A stretch of 64,000 bases of DNA from a virus (IMGVR_UViG_3300026101_000001:1-64000); one strand, 5' to 3'; positions 39,332 through 49,594 are shown, counted from the first letter of the stretch. A program made the numbers and translations. Notes: generated by a model not told the origin, from the letters alone.

Positions 39332-39410
39332 CAATTTAAGGGCTTCAGGGGGGAACATTCTCCCCCTATTTTAGGACAATTTAAGGGCTTCAGGGGGGAA
39401 CATTCCCCCC
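39332..39410 (+). repeat. 29-bp direct repeat, two copies, 45-bp period, each containing a hairpin
   Basis: CAATTTAAGGGCTTCAGGGGGGAACATTC at 39332 and 39377. Confidence 0.9.
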
Positions 39411-39442
39411 TCATTTGAGCACATTTTGACAGGAAATTGACG

Positions 39443-39751
39443 ATGAAATTTAAGAACGTTTCGGTACATTTTGGCTGGTATAAGCCAGTGGTTGTCCTCC
39501 AATATGGCACGCTACAATACGAGATTGGCACGCTAGAATTGAAAGGTGTGACCCTCATGGAGCTAGGCAATTTAGACCCAGAACACGTAGCGAAGCATCA
39601 CCAAATGTTGTTGATTTGCGAAATGAGCACGGCAATTAGACTCGCTCAAAGGGACATTCCAGAGCCAGTTAACACCTGTTCCCGTAAACTTTTTGGCGAA
39701 ACTGACACAGAACAACCAAAAGTAACACACAAGCCCAATTTAAGCGCCTAG
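39443..39751 (+). CDS. Hypothetical protein
   Basis: AGGAAATTGACGATG start. Confidence 0.65.
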   Translation: MKFKNVSVHFGWYKPVVVLQYGTLQYEIGTLELKGVTLMELGNLDPEHVAKHHQMLLICEMSTAIRLAQRDIPEPVNTCSRKLFGETDTEQPKVTHKPNLSA

Positions 39752-40248
39752 ATACAACAACTTAGGTTTTGTGTTCCTATAAACTTTCTCGGCCATTTTT
39801 GTGATTTCTCAAAACGGTAGAATGCGGTCTGTAGCTGTGCGAATTTTGACCAGTTACGCGTAACTTCGGTGAGGGTAATTATTACTCGCAATGCCGTGGG
39901 TAACAAGGGCTTCAGAGCCGGTGGCAAAAATGTTCCCACAAACTTTCGTTATTAAATGTACATTTATATATTTTACTGGGAACATTTTTTAAGAAGTATA
40001 CTTTTAAAAACTTCGCTTTCGTTTTAATTCGTACCCAAGGATTATTTACAAGCGTTGTACGTGTTCCTCCTTGTGACTTGCTGCAAGTCGCAGTGATCTA
40101 CCCAACGACCTTTGCGTGACGAGCTGTGAGCTCTGCGTGATAAGAATTTGAATTCGCTTGTGGTGCTCACTGTCGCAACGTGCAACAAACCACCGTGGGA
40201 GTGAATCACACCCAAATTGTGTTTTTGGTCGAAATAAGACCATTGCAA

Positions 40249-40277
40249 TTGACTCGGGCATTTTGCCCTTGTATAAC
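40249..40277 (+). promoter_or_regulatory. Strong sigma70-like promoter with palindromic spacer
   Basis: TTGACT, 17 bp, TATAAC; spacer contains GGGCA-TTT-TGCCC. Confidence 0.7.
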
Positions 40278-40339
40278 TGAAATCCGCCCTTCGGGGTGTT
40301 ACGGCGTGAGCCGATTAATTAACTTAGGAAATTGACGAT

Positions 40340-40726
40340 ATGACTACCACCATTCCCCAGCCTGTAAACCAGACTGCTCCCTCCCCTCACGAACTCATGC
40401 GCCAAACCCAGCGCGAGATTGCTGAAACTGTCATGCAGATGAAAGCCAAGCAAATCGAATGTCTCATTGGTCTCTACCGAAAATCTGATGCTCTGAAGGG
40501 CACGAATGACCTCGGCGAAATGCACCGTCGTACTGAAGCGCTGAGCCAAGAACTCGGCCTGGACTTTTCAGTGGTTGAAAAACTGGTCGATTTTGGCTTT
40601 AACTGCGGTGTTGAATGCGCGGCCTCTATCGCATCCTCAGCGGGTGCAATGGAAAAGGTGCTAGGTAAGGACGAATTCACCGAGAAGTCTTCGCGTGGTG
40701 ACGCTGCGGCGCGAGAATCGGCATAG
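40340..40726 (+). CDS. Hypothetical protein
   Basis: AGGAAATTGACGATATG start; 128 aa. Confidence 0.7.
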   Translation: MTTTIPQPVNQTAPSPHELMRQTQREIAETVMQMKAKQIECLIGLYRKSDALKGTNDLGEMHRRTEALSQELGLDFSVVEKLVDFGFNCGVECAASIASSAGAMEKVLGKDEFTEKSSRGDAAARESA

Positions 40727-40757
40727 TTTAACCCGACAATTAGTGAGATTGACGATT

Positions 40758-41063
40758 ATGAGTAAAAAAGTGACTAAAAGTTCGAATCTAAATTCGATGC
40801 TTATGAAACATTGTGTGCGTGTTATGTATCTTTTGGATGAATTGAAAAGGTTGTGTGATTTACAAGGCACGGTTCACCTTGACGGAGATTATCCGTTGGC
40901 TATTCACGGGACGGATAAATTTTGTGTTGGTCCTTTCAATGTGAGTGGGGGCTGGTTTCAGGAGATTATCGCCCGTCGTAAAGCCGAAATTATCGATGAG
41001 CTATTCGATATGGGGTACGACCTTACTTCCTTCGAGGAGCCTAAGGACGAGGACGATGAGTAA
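40758..41063 (+). CDS. Hypothetical protein
   Basis: GAGATTGACGATTATG start. Confidence 0.6.
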   Translation: MSKKVTKSSNLNSMLMKHCVRVMYLLDELKRLCDLQGTVHLDGDYPLAIHGTDKFCVGPFNVSGGWFQEIIARRKAEIIDELFDMGYDLTSFEEPKDEDDE

Positions 41064-41550
41064 AAATCTACCTATTTTCCGGAGTATGATTGCGGTTGCG
41101 CATACGGCGAGAAACTGTGGTCGTTTGGCTATGACCATCGAGGGTGAAGATGAAGGCTCTCGCACCTCGATTGATAACCTCATGCCGATAACCAAAGACA
41201 CGCCACACACCACAATCGAGGGTTACTGTGTCCGTGACGCGAAGATTCGAGCCCTGATGGGCTGGGAGTATTCGCACTGGATGTTGATTGAGTCCGCGTT
41301 TATCTGTGCCTTGGTGGAAGAAGTGAGCCTTGTGCTGGATGATTTTGAAATGGGCTCGTTGATGATTGATTCGCTGTTGGGTGTCAATATCCACATTCGC
41401 CGGTATTCGGCTGAAGGTATAGGACTTGACCGCGATAAAATCAAAAGCTTTGCGTGGTTGTATCTGGGTAGTGAGTACCTCGATGATTTTATCAGCTACG
41501 CGGATTATTTACTGGCCATGCTTGAAGTAAGAGCACAAGACGCCGCCTAA
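41056..41550 (+). CDS. Hypothetical protein
   Basis: GAGGACGATG start overlapping the previous stop. Confidence 0.6.
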   Translation: MSKNLPIFRSMIAVAHTARNCGRLAMTIEGEDEGSRTSIDNLMPITKDTPHTTIEGYCVRDAKIRALMGWEYSHWMLIESAFICALVEEVSLVLDDFEMGSLMIDSLLGVNIHIRRYSAEGIGLDRDKIKSFAWLYLGSEYLDDFISYADYLLAMLEVRAQDAA

Positions 41551-41622
41551 GGGGGGGGAAATGTTCTCCCCTGCGGTTCGAAAAATTTGGTAATTAACTT
41601 TTTAAATTGGAAATTGACGACT

Positions 41623-42111
41623 ATGACTAGACTAACTGAATGTGGTCCTTACACCCCTACCGAGAAACGCGCTATCACTCGAGCGCTAAACATCATTCGT
41701 GAGAAACAGCCTAATTTCTATGGCCGTTCTAAGATTACTAATCCTATCGCTTGTCAGCAATATTGTGCCTTGCAACTGGTCGATGGCTCTCGCGAACGAT
41801 TTCTTTGCCTATTTCTAGACTCTCAACATGGTTTGATTAGCGGTGAAATCATGTTTGAAGGAACGATAAACGCGGCCTCGGTTTACCCTCGTGAGATAAT
41901 TCGTCGTGCTTTAGACCTGAATGCTGCGGCGTTGATAATCGCGCATAACCATCCCTCGGGGCACCCTGACCCGAGCCAAGCGGATATTCGTTTAACGCAA
42001 GAAATTAAACAGGCGTTAGCGAGTATCGATGTGCCGTTACTCGATCACATCATCGTAGGCAACGGCCAAGGTTGCCCCACTATTTCTCTTTCTCAACGAG
42101 GTGACTTATGA
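41623..42111 (+). CDS. radC: RadC-like JAB-domain protein
   Basis: [38 protein letters not shown]. Confidence 0.9.
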   Translation: MTRLTECGPYTPTEKRAITRALNIIREKQPNFYGRSKITNPIACQQYCALQLVDGSRERFLCLFLDSQHGLISGEIMFEGTINAASVYPREIIRRALDLNAAALIIAHNHPSGHPDPSQADIRLTQEIKQALASIDVPLLDHIIVGNGQGCPTISLSQRGDL

Positions 42112-42593
42112 GTGCTGGTAATTTTCCGCTGTTAGAACTGTTAATCGAGACCATGGAAAAAGTGGTTGCGTCTGAGCTGCCATTTGAAATGGCCGATTTC
42201 TATAAGAACTACGATCCTGCCGACCAAGCCACCGATATTCACACTTGTGGCACTCCGGCCTGTGTAACTGGGTATGGTGCGGTTAATCCTAAAATTCAGA
42301 AACACTTGAATGTGGATATGCCCTATTTCCGAGCGGCGGAAACGGCTAAGCATATCGCGGGTTATTTGATATCTGAAATCGGGTGGTTGGGCTATTCGAT
42401 TTTTGTCAGCAAAGCCGAGGAAAGATATGCACATGCCTCCGATTACCTACCAGAAACCGACCTTGAGTTTGAGCACCTACACAAAGATGAGCCCGAGGCT
42501 AAGGAAACCTTGAAGTACATGAAGTATGTGCTGGCCTTCAAAGAGCGTGAACTAAAACGCTGGGAGCGTGAGGAAGCGGAAGATGAAAAATAA
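42108..42593 (+). CDS. Hypothetical protein
   Basis: ATGA overlap; [11 protein letters not shown] motif. Confidence 0.65.
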   Translation: MSAGNFPLLELLIETMEKVVASELPFEMADFYKNYDPADQATDIHTCGTPACVTGYGAVNPKIQKHLNVDMPYFRAAETAKHIAGYLISEIGWLGYSIFVSKAEERYAHASDYLPETDLEFEHLHKDEPEAKETLKYMKYVLAFKERELKRWEREEAEDEK

Positions 42594-42915
42594 GAATGGA
42601 ATTGAAATTGAACTAGGTACCGTGAGCCGTGCTACGCACCGGACTCAAGATTTAATCCCGACGTTTCTGGATGCTGTCCGTCAATATGCCGAGGCGGAGT
42701 ATACCCAGATAATGGCCGGACCTTACAGCTTTATCCCCGCATGGGTAACCGATGAAGGTGACGAATGCGAGTGGTGGTATTGCGAGGAGGCCTGTCACAA
42801 GCTTGAAGAATTGTTCGAGATTTTAGACGCTCAAGCCCCAGAGGGCTATTACTTTGGGGCTCACGAAGGGGATGGCTCAGACTTTGGCTATTGGCCTATT
42901 CCTGATGAGGACTAA
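42583..42915 (+). CDS. Hypothetical phage protein
   Basis: APEGYYFGAHEGDGSDFGYW C-terminus. Confidence 0.7.
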   Translation: MKNKNGIEIELGTVSRATHRTQDLIPTFLDAVRQYAEAEYTQIMAGPYSFIPAWVTDEGDECEWWYCEEACHKLEELFEILDAQAPEGYYFGAHEGDGSDFGYWPIPDED

Positions 42916-42962
42916 ACGATAACGAGGGTGGGAAAATTCCCCCCCTCTTTTGGAGATTGACG

Positions 42963-43118
42963 ATGCGCCAAGTGTGCAAAAAGTGTGGTGGCACCATGCT
43001 AGGTGACGGGTATAAATCGGTTGAGCACTGCGAGTTTGCTACCGACCCAGAAATTGACTTTATGGCCCCTGATGAAGGGCCAGTTTATTGTGACTTTAAG
43101 GAAATTGACGATGAGTGA
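42963..43118 (+). CDS. Small Cys-containing protein (51 aa), absent from the ORF track
   Basis: GGAGATTGACGATG start; MRQVCKKCGGTMLGDGYKSVEHCEFATDPEIDFMAPDEGPVYCDFKEIDDE. Confidence 0.65.
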   Translation: MRQVCKKCGGTMLGDGYKSVEHCEFATDPEIDFMAPDEGPVYCDFKEIDDE

Positions 43119-43599
43119 AATTAATAGAAAAAATTATTTAGAAAACTTCCGTAACGACGAACTAGTGGACGTTATAGAGTCGTTGCAAAAGAAACTAGAG
43201 GACTCTAAGCAATCGATAAATACCCTAAAGCAAGAGTGCCAGCGAATCTACGAAAGTGAACAGTTCTTCTCAGGTGTGGTGCATGGTGAAGTCAAAGATC
43301 ACCGAATTGACTGCACACAAGTAGGGCCGCACTTTATTCGCCCAAGAGTGGTGTTTGACGTATGCACCGATGATGAAACCCACGTTCCTGACTGCACCAC
43401 ACTCGAACAAGCACAACGCTATTGCAAACAGCTTAATATCGAGGACCGTATGGGCGATGGCCGCGTGGACTTTGGTGGCGAAACAGCTAACGACCTAACG
43501 GGATTTGTCGAAGCGAACGAGCAGATGATACGTAACATTCTTACGCTGTCAGATGATGTTCTAGCCTATCTTTCAACCCTACCGGTAGGGGACGAGTAA
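43111..43599 (+). CDS. Hypothetical protein
   Basis: AGGAAATTGACGATG start. Confidence 0.65.
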   Translation: MSEINRKNYLENFRNDELVDVIESLQKKLEDSKQSINTLKQECQRIYESEQFFSGVVHGEVKDHRIDCTQVGPHFIRPRVVFDVCTDDETHVPDCTTLEQAQRYCKQLNIEDRMGDGRVDFGGETANDLTGFVEANEQMIRNILTLSDDVLAYLSTLPVGDE

Positions 43600-44087
43600 T
43601 GAGCGACTTAAAAGAATTCAAAATAGTGCTCGAAGAGAGCGATACCGGCCGACAGATTGTTTTACCTAACGTCATGGCAAGCGATTATGACGTTGCTGAA
43701 GCGTATGGCAACCATGTTGCTGCGGACCTACCGGTTTCTGAAATTGACCGACAACAAGGCTTTGGCCTGAGTGAAACGTCGTGGTCTTGTTACCCTGAGG
43801 AAGTGAAGCCCGAACCTGAAAAAATGCGTCGAATGGAGTGGAACACTGGGCGTCATTATGGTCCAGAGGGCCAGATTATTCGTGTTGTTGAGTATGAGTA
43901 TATTGCTCTATCCGGGGGGGCGCGAAGAGGTGTGTTGATGTATGACGTTACTCGTCGGATTTGCTATCAAATCAACGATTGCGAGTTCACTCAAGCTGCG
44001 GTCTTACATCGTTACGAATTTGGTGGCCTTAGCCCCTATTCAAAAGCCGAATTCGAAAAAGCCTGGGCGGAGGCCGTAGACGTATGA
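43599..44087 (+). CDS. Hypothetical protein
   Basis: TAATG overlap, GGGGA RBS. Confidence 0.65.
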   Translation: MSDLKEFKIVLEESDTGRQIVLPNVMASDYDVAEAYGNHVAADLPVSEIDRQQGFGLSETSWSCYPEEVKPEPEKMRRMEWNTGRHYGPEGQIIRVVEYEYIALSGGARRGVLMYDVTRRICYQINDCEFTQAAVLHRYEFGGLSPYSKAEFEKAWAEAVDV

Positions 44088-44305
44088 GTGAAGACACGCC
44101 GAAGATAAAGCGTCCCAGAAACAAGACGCTTATTGAAGTTATCACTTACCTTGAGTCGATAAACCTAAATGTTTATGGCTCTGCCCTTTGTTTAGAAACG
44201 GGGGAGAAGTCCTTTGGTTTGATGGACTATAACCCTGAGAACGTAGTGCAATACCGCAAGTTACTGGAAGCGGGAAAAATTGGAGAGGAAATTGACGATG
44301 AGTAA
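44084..44305 (+). CDS. Hypothetical protein
   Basis: ATGA overlap, GGAGG RBS. Confidence 0.6.
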   Translation: MSEDTPKIKRPRNKTLIEVITYLESINLNVYGSALCLETGEKSFGLMDYNPENVVQYRKLLEAGKIGEEIDDE

Positions 44306-44717
44306 CCAACCACATCCACAGCGATACACCTCAGAAGAGATTTTGGCGGATAAAGATATAGCGTTCTACAACATACCCGAAAGAGTCAGTTCGGGTATGC
44401 CTATTCACTATATCCTAGCGGATGAAGAATGGGGCTGGATGGAATTCGTAAAAGGCAAATACGCCATTCAAGACTACATCATGAAAAACCTTGAGTGGGT
44501 TGACCCTGATGATCCCGAGGCCGAATTTCAAGTTGCGGTTCTCACTATCAATTGTGCCGATGAATTGAGTCGAGCGCTCGATGCCGATTGTGGGGGTGCG
44601 GGTAAAGCCGTTTGTTTGGCGGATGATACCGCACTACAAGCTATTTTCTTCTCGCTGTATCAAGAAGACTGGAACGAACGTTTGGAGGACTTTGAAGATG
44701 CCAAAGAAGAAGAATAA
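44298..44717 (+). CDS. Hypothetical acidic protein
   Basis: AGGAAATTGACGATG start. Confidence 0.65.
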   Translation: MSNQPHPQRYTSEEILADKDIAFYNIPERVSSGMPIHYILADEEWGWMEFVKGKYAIQDYIMKNLEWVDPDDPEAEFQVAVLTINCADELSRALDADCGGAGKAVCLADDTALQAIFFSLYQEDWNERLEDFEDAKEEE

Positions 44718-44958
44718 AAACGTCCACATGATTGTTTGTCGTAAGCCTAATTCGGAGGAATTTAGTTTCTGGCCCCCGAAGATATTCCGTGGCCGCGTTG
44801 AAGCTATTACTGAGTTCGACAAGACATTTATTAAGTGTGATTCCTTTGAGGAAACGCTTAGAAAAGAATACTGCGACCAAATGGGCCAGTTATTGTTTTT
44901 CGAAACCGCAGCCGGTTTTCGCTGGCAGTTGTATTTAGACCTAGAACCTAACGATTAA
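44698..44958 (+). CDS. Hypothetical protein
   Basis: GGAGG RBS upstream of ATG 44698. Confidence 0.5.
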   Translation: MPKKKNKNVHMIVCRKPNSEEFSFWPPKIFRGRVEAITEFDKTFIKCDSFEETLRKEYCDQMGQLLFFETAAGFRWQLYLDLEPND

Positions 44959-44981
44959 AATTGACGATAAGGAGAAAAGCC

Positions 44982-45209
44982 GTGAATAAGATTGGATTAA
45001 TAACCGCGATGGTTGCTGGTATGGGGGCCTCGGTCTCTGGGGCGTGGGGTGAGAAATTAGCGCCCACTATAAAGCAAGTAGAAAAAGACCGCTCCAACTA
45101 TGCGCAGAAGATAGACCACTTAGGCCGGAAGAAGCCTAAGGGCAGCGCTGCGGTTCAGCGTCGTGAAGCGAAAAAGCGTAAAGCGCTTCGAGCGCGTTCG
45201 AAGAAATAG
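44982..45209 (+). CDS. Small basic protein, hydrophobic N-terminus and Arg/Lys-rich C-terminus
   Basis: AAGGAG RBS, GTG start; RREAKKRKALRARSKK. Confidence 0.6.
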   Translation: MNKIGLITAMVAGMGASVSGAWGEKLAPTIKQVEKDRSNYAQKIDHLGRKKPKGSAAVQRREAKKRKALRARSKK

Positions 45210-45219
45210 GGGGTTGGAT

Positions 45220-45417
45220 ATGCAATATTTCACAGCAGTGTTATTTGACCACCGACGCGGCAAGCGAGTGAACCACTGTGCCGCGGAGTGCTTGGCCTCT
45301 AACTTTCACCAAGCAGAAAACTTTGGTACCTCTTTAGCCGAGAAGTTTTCGCTAAAAGTAGAAGTTGAAGTTCGCTTGGGGCGTTTAGACACGCATAGGG
45401 ATTTACACGGTGAGTAG
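45220..45417 (+). CDS. Hypothetical protein
   Basis: GGGGG/GGA RBS before ATG 45220. Confidence 0.5.
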   Translation: MQYFTAVLFDHRRGKRVNHCAAECLASNFHQAENFGTSLAEKFSLKVEVEVRLGRLDTHRDLHGE

Positions 45418-45601
45418 TATCCCCAACCTATTTAAGGGCCTTGTTCCGGCAAAGGCTGACGCGCACTGTTCAAAGTGCCAGTCAAAGATAAGTGACTCAA
45501 GACGCCGTGCGATAGAAATGGAACTTGAGTTAATGGGTTCGAGCAAGAATATCTGCTCGGAATGTTTTAACCGTGAAGCGGTAATAATTAGTGTGATTTA
45601 G
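45410..45601 (+). CDS. Small zinc-finger-like protein
   Basis: CSKC...CSEC. Confidence 0.5.
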   Translation: MSSIPNLFKGLVPAKADAHCSKCQSKISDSRRRAIEMELELMGSSKNICSECFNREAVIISVI

Positions 45602-45648
45602 GGGGGAATGTTCTCCCCCCTTTGAAATTAACTTTTTGGAGATTGACG

Positions 45649-46188
45649 ATGGACCACTTTGATGCTCCACCTTGGGACGTAACGAGCAGCGCACCGATTG
45701 TTTCGCACCCTAAGGCTGAGCCTGATAAACGAGACTTGTTCATCACATTGTTCTGTGATGCTAGTTTCTGCCCAAAAACAAAAGCGGGGGGTTTTGGTGG
45801 TTGGGTAAAAGCGGGATTCCCTCCAAGAACCTTTCGTGTTGGAGGCGTCCTTAACGAATGCAATAACGCCGAAGAAGCTGAGATTTGTGCCGTTATCCAC
45901 ACCTTAACTCACGCCCAGCACAATAAATCCTTTAACACAGATTTTAGCTGGGAGGGAAAAGTTTTAGTAATCCAGTCGGATTGCCAAGGTGCAATCAAAA
46001 AACTAAAGCCCGTTATGGCGGAGAACTTAAAACACTTGAAACTGAAGTACATAAAGTGGAAGTGGGTTAAAGGCCATAGCGGGTATGGCAATAAACGCTC
46101 AGCGGTAAATGAGTTCTGCGACACACAAGCCAAGAAGTATATGTACGAAGAGAGAAAGCGCCGTAGAAATCGCGGTTTAGAAAATTAA
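45649..46188 (+). CDS. Ribonuclease HI family protein
   Basis: FCDASF, NNAEEAEI, QSDCQ, WVKGHSG, NEFCDTQAK catalytic pattern. Confidence 0.85.
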   Translation: MDHFDAPPWDVTSSAPIVSHPKAEPDKRDLFITLFCDASFCPKTKAGGFGGWVKAGFPPRTFRVGGVLNECNNAEEAEICAVIHTLTHAQHNKSFNTDFSWEGKVLVIQSDCQGAIKKLKPVMAENLKHLKLKYIKWKWVKGHSGYGNKRSAVNEFCDTQAKKYMYEERKRRRNRGLEN

Positions 46189-46210
46189 CTCTTAAATTTG
46201 GAAATTGACG

Positions 46211-47110
46211 ATGCAAATAAACGTAAACAGTTATTTTTGTGGTGCTGGCCTGATGGATATTGGGCTGATAAATGCGGGATTAACCATTAACCAGTCTTTT
46301 GAAATTGATAAAGACGCGGTTAAGACGTATCGCGAGAATATTGGCCACCATGTTCAACAGTGCGATTTGACTGAAGAGCTCGTGTTAAACCAAGAGGAAT
46401 GTGATGCGATGGTCTTCACCTACCCTTGCACCAAGTATTCCACGATAGGCGATATTCACGGTGTAAGAACGGGTGACGATTTATTCCTTCATGCTTTGCG
46501 TCACTTGGCCATTCGCAAGCCCGATGCTTACGTGGTGGAAAATGTGCCAGGAATGAGAGCGTTTCCGCTGGTAATGGAAGCTATGACAAAGTTGCCGGAT
46601 TACTACGTTCACGTTTTTTGTCCGGTCCAATCTCAGCATTGGTTACCCCAGCGAAGAGATCGTCTGATTATTTTTGGTACCCGCCGACCTTTTGAAGTTC
46701 GCCCCCCGAAGAGTTGTCGTCCTGTGACGCTGGCTGAAATTGTCGAGCATGACCCAGAAGTAACCTTGCCCAGCGCTATTAAAGCGCGAATGTCGGGTAA
46801 GTACCGTGACCTCCCAATAATCAGCGACCCCAGCAAAGGAGATATAGCGCCGACTTGTGTTGCTCACTACGCCAAGGATAAATCGACGCGCTTGGTTGCT
46901 GACAAGCGATTCCCAATGGGTGTTCGTCCTTACTCAGTGCGTGAGTATGCGAGGCTGCAGGGTGTACCAGACTGGTTTACGTTCCCTGTCTCGGCTACGT
47001 CGGCATATCGCCAGATTGGTAATGGTGTGTCAGTGCCGAAAGGTGAATGGGCAGGCGGCGAGTTGTTCCGCTATTTTCAACAAAGTAAAAAATTAGACAA
47101 GGTGGCTTAA
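46211..47110 (+). CDS. DNA cytosine-5 methyltransferase
   Basis: FCGAG motif I, YPC motif IV, ENV motif VI, QRRDR motif VIII, RQIGNGV motif X. Confidence 0.92.
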   Translation: MQINVNSYFCGAGLMDIGLINAGLTINQSFEIDKDAVKTYRENIGHHVQQCDLTEELVLNQEECDAMVFTYPCTKYSTIGDIHGVRTGDDLFLHALRHLAIRKPDAYVVENVPGMRAFPLVMEAMTKLPDYYVHVFCPVQSQHWLPQRRDRLIIFGTRRPFEVRPPKSCRPVTLAEIVEHDPEVTLPSAIKARMSGKYRDLPIISDPSKGDIAPTCVAHYAKDKSTRLVADKRFPMGVRPYSVREYARLQGVPDWFTFPVSATSAYRQIGNGVSVPKGEWAGGELFRYFQQSKKLDKVA

Positions 47111-47353
47111 GTGAAGTACGAACTGGTGTATCACGACAGGTTTACGCATGAGCGCCGTATGCAAGAGTTCTTTGCTCCGAATCCTGAGAAAGCAAAAGAG
47201 CACGCAGACAGCATGTGTGAGCGACGTAAAGTGCCTTACTGTTTAGTAGATGCAAATGGCCGAACGTGGGAGCGAGATTATAGTCGAGAGACTATGAAGC
47301 TCTATGATTGGTATGAAGTAACAACCCATAGCCCGATACGGGCTGCAAGCTAA
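47111..47353 (+). CDS. Hypothetical protein
   Basis: GTG start abutting the previous stop. Confidence 0.5.
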   Translation: MKYELVYHDRFTHERRMQEFFAPNPEKAKEHADSMCERRKVPYCLVDANGRTWERDYSRETMKLYDWYEVTTHSPIRAAS

Positions 47354-47411
47354 AAACGGGGGAGAATATTCCCCCCTCTTAATTAACTTTTAAAATTGGA
47401 AATTGACGATC

Positions 47412-48215
47412 ATGACTGATGTTAAACGTATCAATAAACAGGCTACGGCCACGATGCTGTTTGTAATTGCTGACGCGATTACACAACCACGCTTCGTAAA
47501 GTTCTTAGAAGATAACACCTCTCGATTTGGCTCAGATGGTACCGGTACCGTTGAAGACCTTCACGACAAGTTACGCCAGTTATTTGATTTTCAGCTTAAG
47601 CAAGCGGTAAGTGTGTATTCCGAGCAGTATTCAGTTTTGAGCTGGGAAGAAAAGTTACAAATGATGAGTGAAAAACTTATCAACTTAGGCAACCGCACGG
47701 CTCACAAGTGGCGTGTAAAGCTACACCAAAGCAGTAAGAAATTTATTGTCCCTCGCGGTGTGAGTTTATCGAAAGCTTTAACTGACTTGATGTTAAGTGC
47801 CCAGCCTCACCGAATAATTCTAAGTCAGTCTCGAGCCCCTACTCATCCAGACCATGACTGGCGTTGGGGTGGCGATATTGCCAATGCCGATATCTTTCTG
47901 GCCGCGCTATATAGTTTCGTTATTGCCAAAGACACGCTGGCCTACGACACAGGCATGATGTTTTTTGAAGACGTATTAACCGAGTTCGGCAATAAAATCG
48001 AATGGTTCGTGAAGGGGTATCCACACGACTTATTGGTTGTTGACCGAATGATAAATACGGGTGATCAGCGCAAAGACTATCAAGGTATCGGGCTACGCAC
48101 TGAGTTCTGTTCTACGTGGTCTATCACTTCCGAGACTAGAAATATCTTGAGCAGTCACGGTTATCGAGAACTACGCCATAAAACGTATGGCCGAACTAAA
48201 CAGGTGGCCGCATGA
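47412..48215 (+). CDS. Hypothetical protein
   Basis: GGAAATTGACGATCATG start. Confidence 0.7.
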   Translation: MTDVKRINKQATATMLFVIADAITQPRFVKFLEDNTSRFGSDGTGTVEDLHDKLRQLFDFQLKQAVSVYSEQYSVLSWEEKLQMMSEKLINLGNRTAHKWRVKLHQSSKKFIVPRGVSLSKALTDLMLSAQPHRIILSQSRAPTHPDHDWRWGGDIANADIFLAALYSFVIAKDTLAYDTGMMFFEDVLTEFGNKIEWFVKGYPHDLLVVDRMINTGDQRKDYQGIGLRTEFCSTWSITSETRNILSSHGYRELRHKTYGRTKQVAA

Positions 48216-48439
48216 AGAACCATTGCGAAAACCCTGAGTATGATGTGACGCAAGGACAAGTAGTGTGTCATGACTCAGGTACATTTAACAAAATTGTTGG
48301 TGAGGCTCTTGAAAACATGACTGAAGACAACTGGTTTACACAAGAGCTTTGGCTTTCAACGGTTGAGCACAAAGGTAAGCGTGTTCAAGTTCAATTGAAA
48401 GTAATGGCAGACGATTTAAGCTTTATAGACGAGAACTAA
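48212..48439 (+). CDS. Hypothetical protein
   Basis: ATGA overlap. Confidence 0.55.
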   Translation: MKNHCENPEYDVTQGQVVCHDSGTFNKIVGEALENMTEDNWFTQELWLSTVEHKGKRVQVQLKVMADDLSFIDEN

Positions 48440-48442
48440 ATC

Positions 48443-49594
48443 ATGATGGATAAAATTGAATATAAACTCCTGGCCTCTCGAGGCGTGAAAGGTTCAAGAC
48501 CTTTTTACCAAGTACTTATCCCTTTGCGCCAGCTAAGTTCTCTTTTGAAACTAGACGATCACTGGGATATTACTAAGCGTAGTCAACGTTTAGTGAATGT
48601 CCCGCGTGCTAAGAAGTTCGCAAAGTATTTAATCGAGAACCACAAGAACGATACGATGTTTGTCGTTCCACCTTTAGTGGGCTCGTTGGAGGGGGACTTT
48701 GACTTCGTTGAAGTGCAAATGGACCAGTATCGAAATATCGGCCATTTGCGTGTGGACCTCGATGCTCAAATGCTTTTGTTTGATGGCCAGCACCGAGCAA
48801 AAGGGGTTCAGCTTGCTTTGCAAGAGTATCCGATGCTTCAAAACAGCCAAGTTTCGATTATGCTTTTTCCGATGCTGGATTTATCTGAAAGACAACAGGC
48901 ATTCCATGATATTAATTCGATGCAAAAGGTACCGGTTGATTCAATCCGCATTGCATACAACAACGCCGACCCGATAGCTTCGACATTGATGGATACTGTA
49001 CAAGCTTCGGATATTCGTGCGGTGGTTGAGTATGAGAAGAACAGTTGTACCGGTGACTCAGATAAATTCTGGGCACTAAAACAGCTCAATGAGTTTGCCA
49101 AGCTATTTTGTGGTAAAGACAACTCACCAGAGCGCATGGCGGAATATTTAAAAGTCTTCTTAGACAAGATGTTTATCACTCAAAAACTAAGGCAGTTGTA
49201 TACGTCTCACCCTCACGTTTGTAAGGAATATATACACCCGTCGGCGCAGTTCACGAGACAATTTTACATTCTTCCTTTCACAGTGACACTTAAGGCATTG
49301 GCCATGCTCTTTAGAAAAGCGGAAGAACTTGAAATTGGGCCTGAAGTGCTAAGTAACTTCTTAGAAGAAAGTAGCCCCAATAACGAGAAAAACTGGAACT
49401 ACTTCGATAAAGACAATGGGAAATGGGAACATCGTTGTGTATCCCATGACTACAAAATGAAAAGTAACGCCGTTGCGGTAAGAATGACCTACTATCAAAT
49501 GGCAAAAGACGCGGGTATTGAGTTGTCGGAAGAAGAAATCGCGGAAGAAGAAAAAGTCCTGGCTGAAGCAAAAGCGATTGCTGCAGCCGTTTAA
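48443..49594 (+). CDS. DGQHR-domain protein, DndB-like
   Basis: SQRLVNVPRAKKFAKYL, VVPPLVGS, LFDGQHRAKG, QQAFHDIN. Confidence 0.82.
   Translation: MMDKIEYKLLASRGVKGSRPFYQVLIPLRQLSSLLKLDDHWDITKRSQRLVNVPRAKKFAKYLIENHKNDTMFVVPPLVGSLEGDFDFVEVQMDQYRNIGHLRVDLDAQMLLFDGQHRAKGVQLALQEYPMLQNSQVSIMLFPMLDLSERQQAFHDINSMQKVPVDSIRIAYNNADPIASTLMDTVQASDIRAVVEYEKNSCTGDSDKFWALKQLNEFAKLFCGKDNSPERMAEYLKVFLDKMFITQKLRQLYTSHPHVCKEYIHPSAQFTRQFYILPFTVTLKALAMLFRKAEELEIGPEVLSNFLEESSPNNEKNWNYFDKDNGKWEHRCVSHDYKMKSNAVAVRMTYYQMAKDAGIELSEEEIAEEEKVLAEAKAIAAAV

Noticed and set aside
40042-40261. Minus-strand ORFs in the 39.75-40.33 kb gap
   Set aside because: Weak starts, no RBS or start motif, and overlap with a strong plus-strand promoter.
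45649-46188. Retroelement RNase H
   Set aside because: Stand-alone RNase HI with no reverse transcriptase or integrase nearby.
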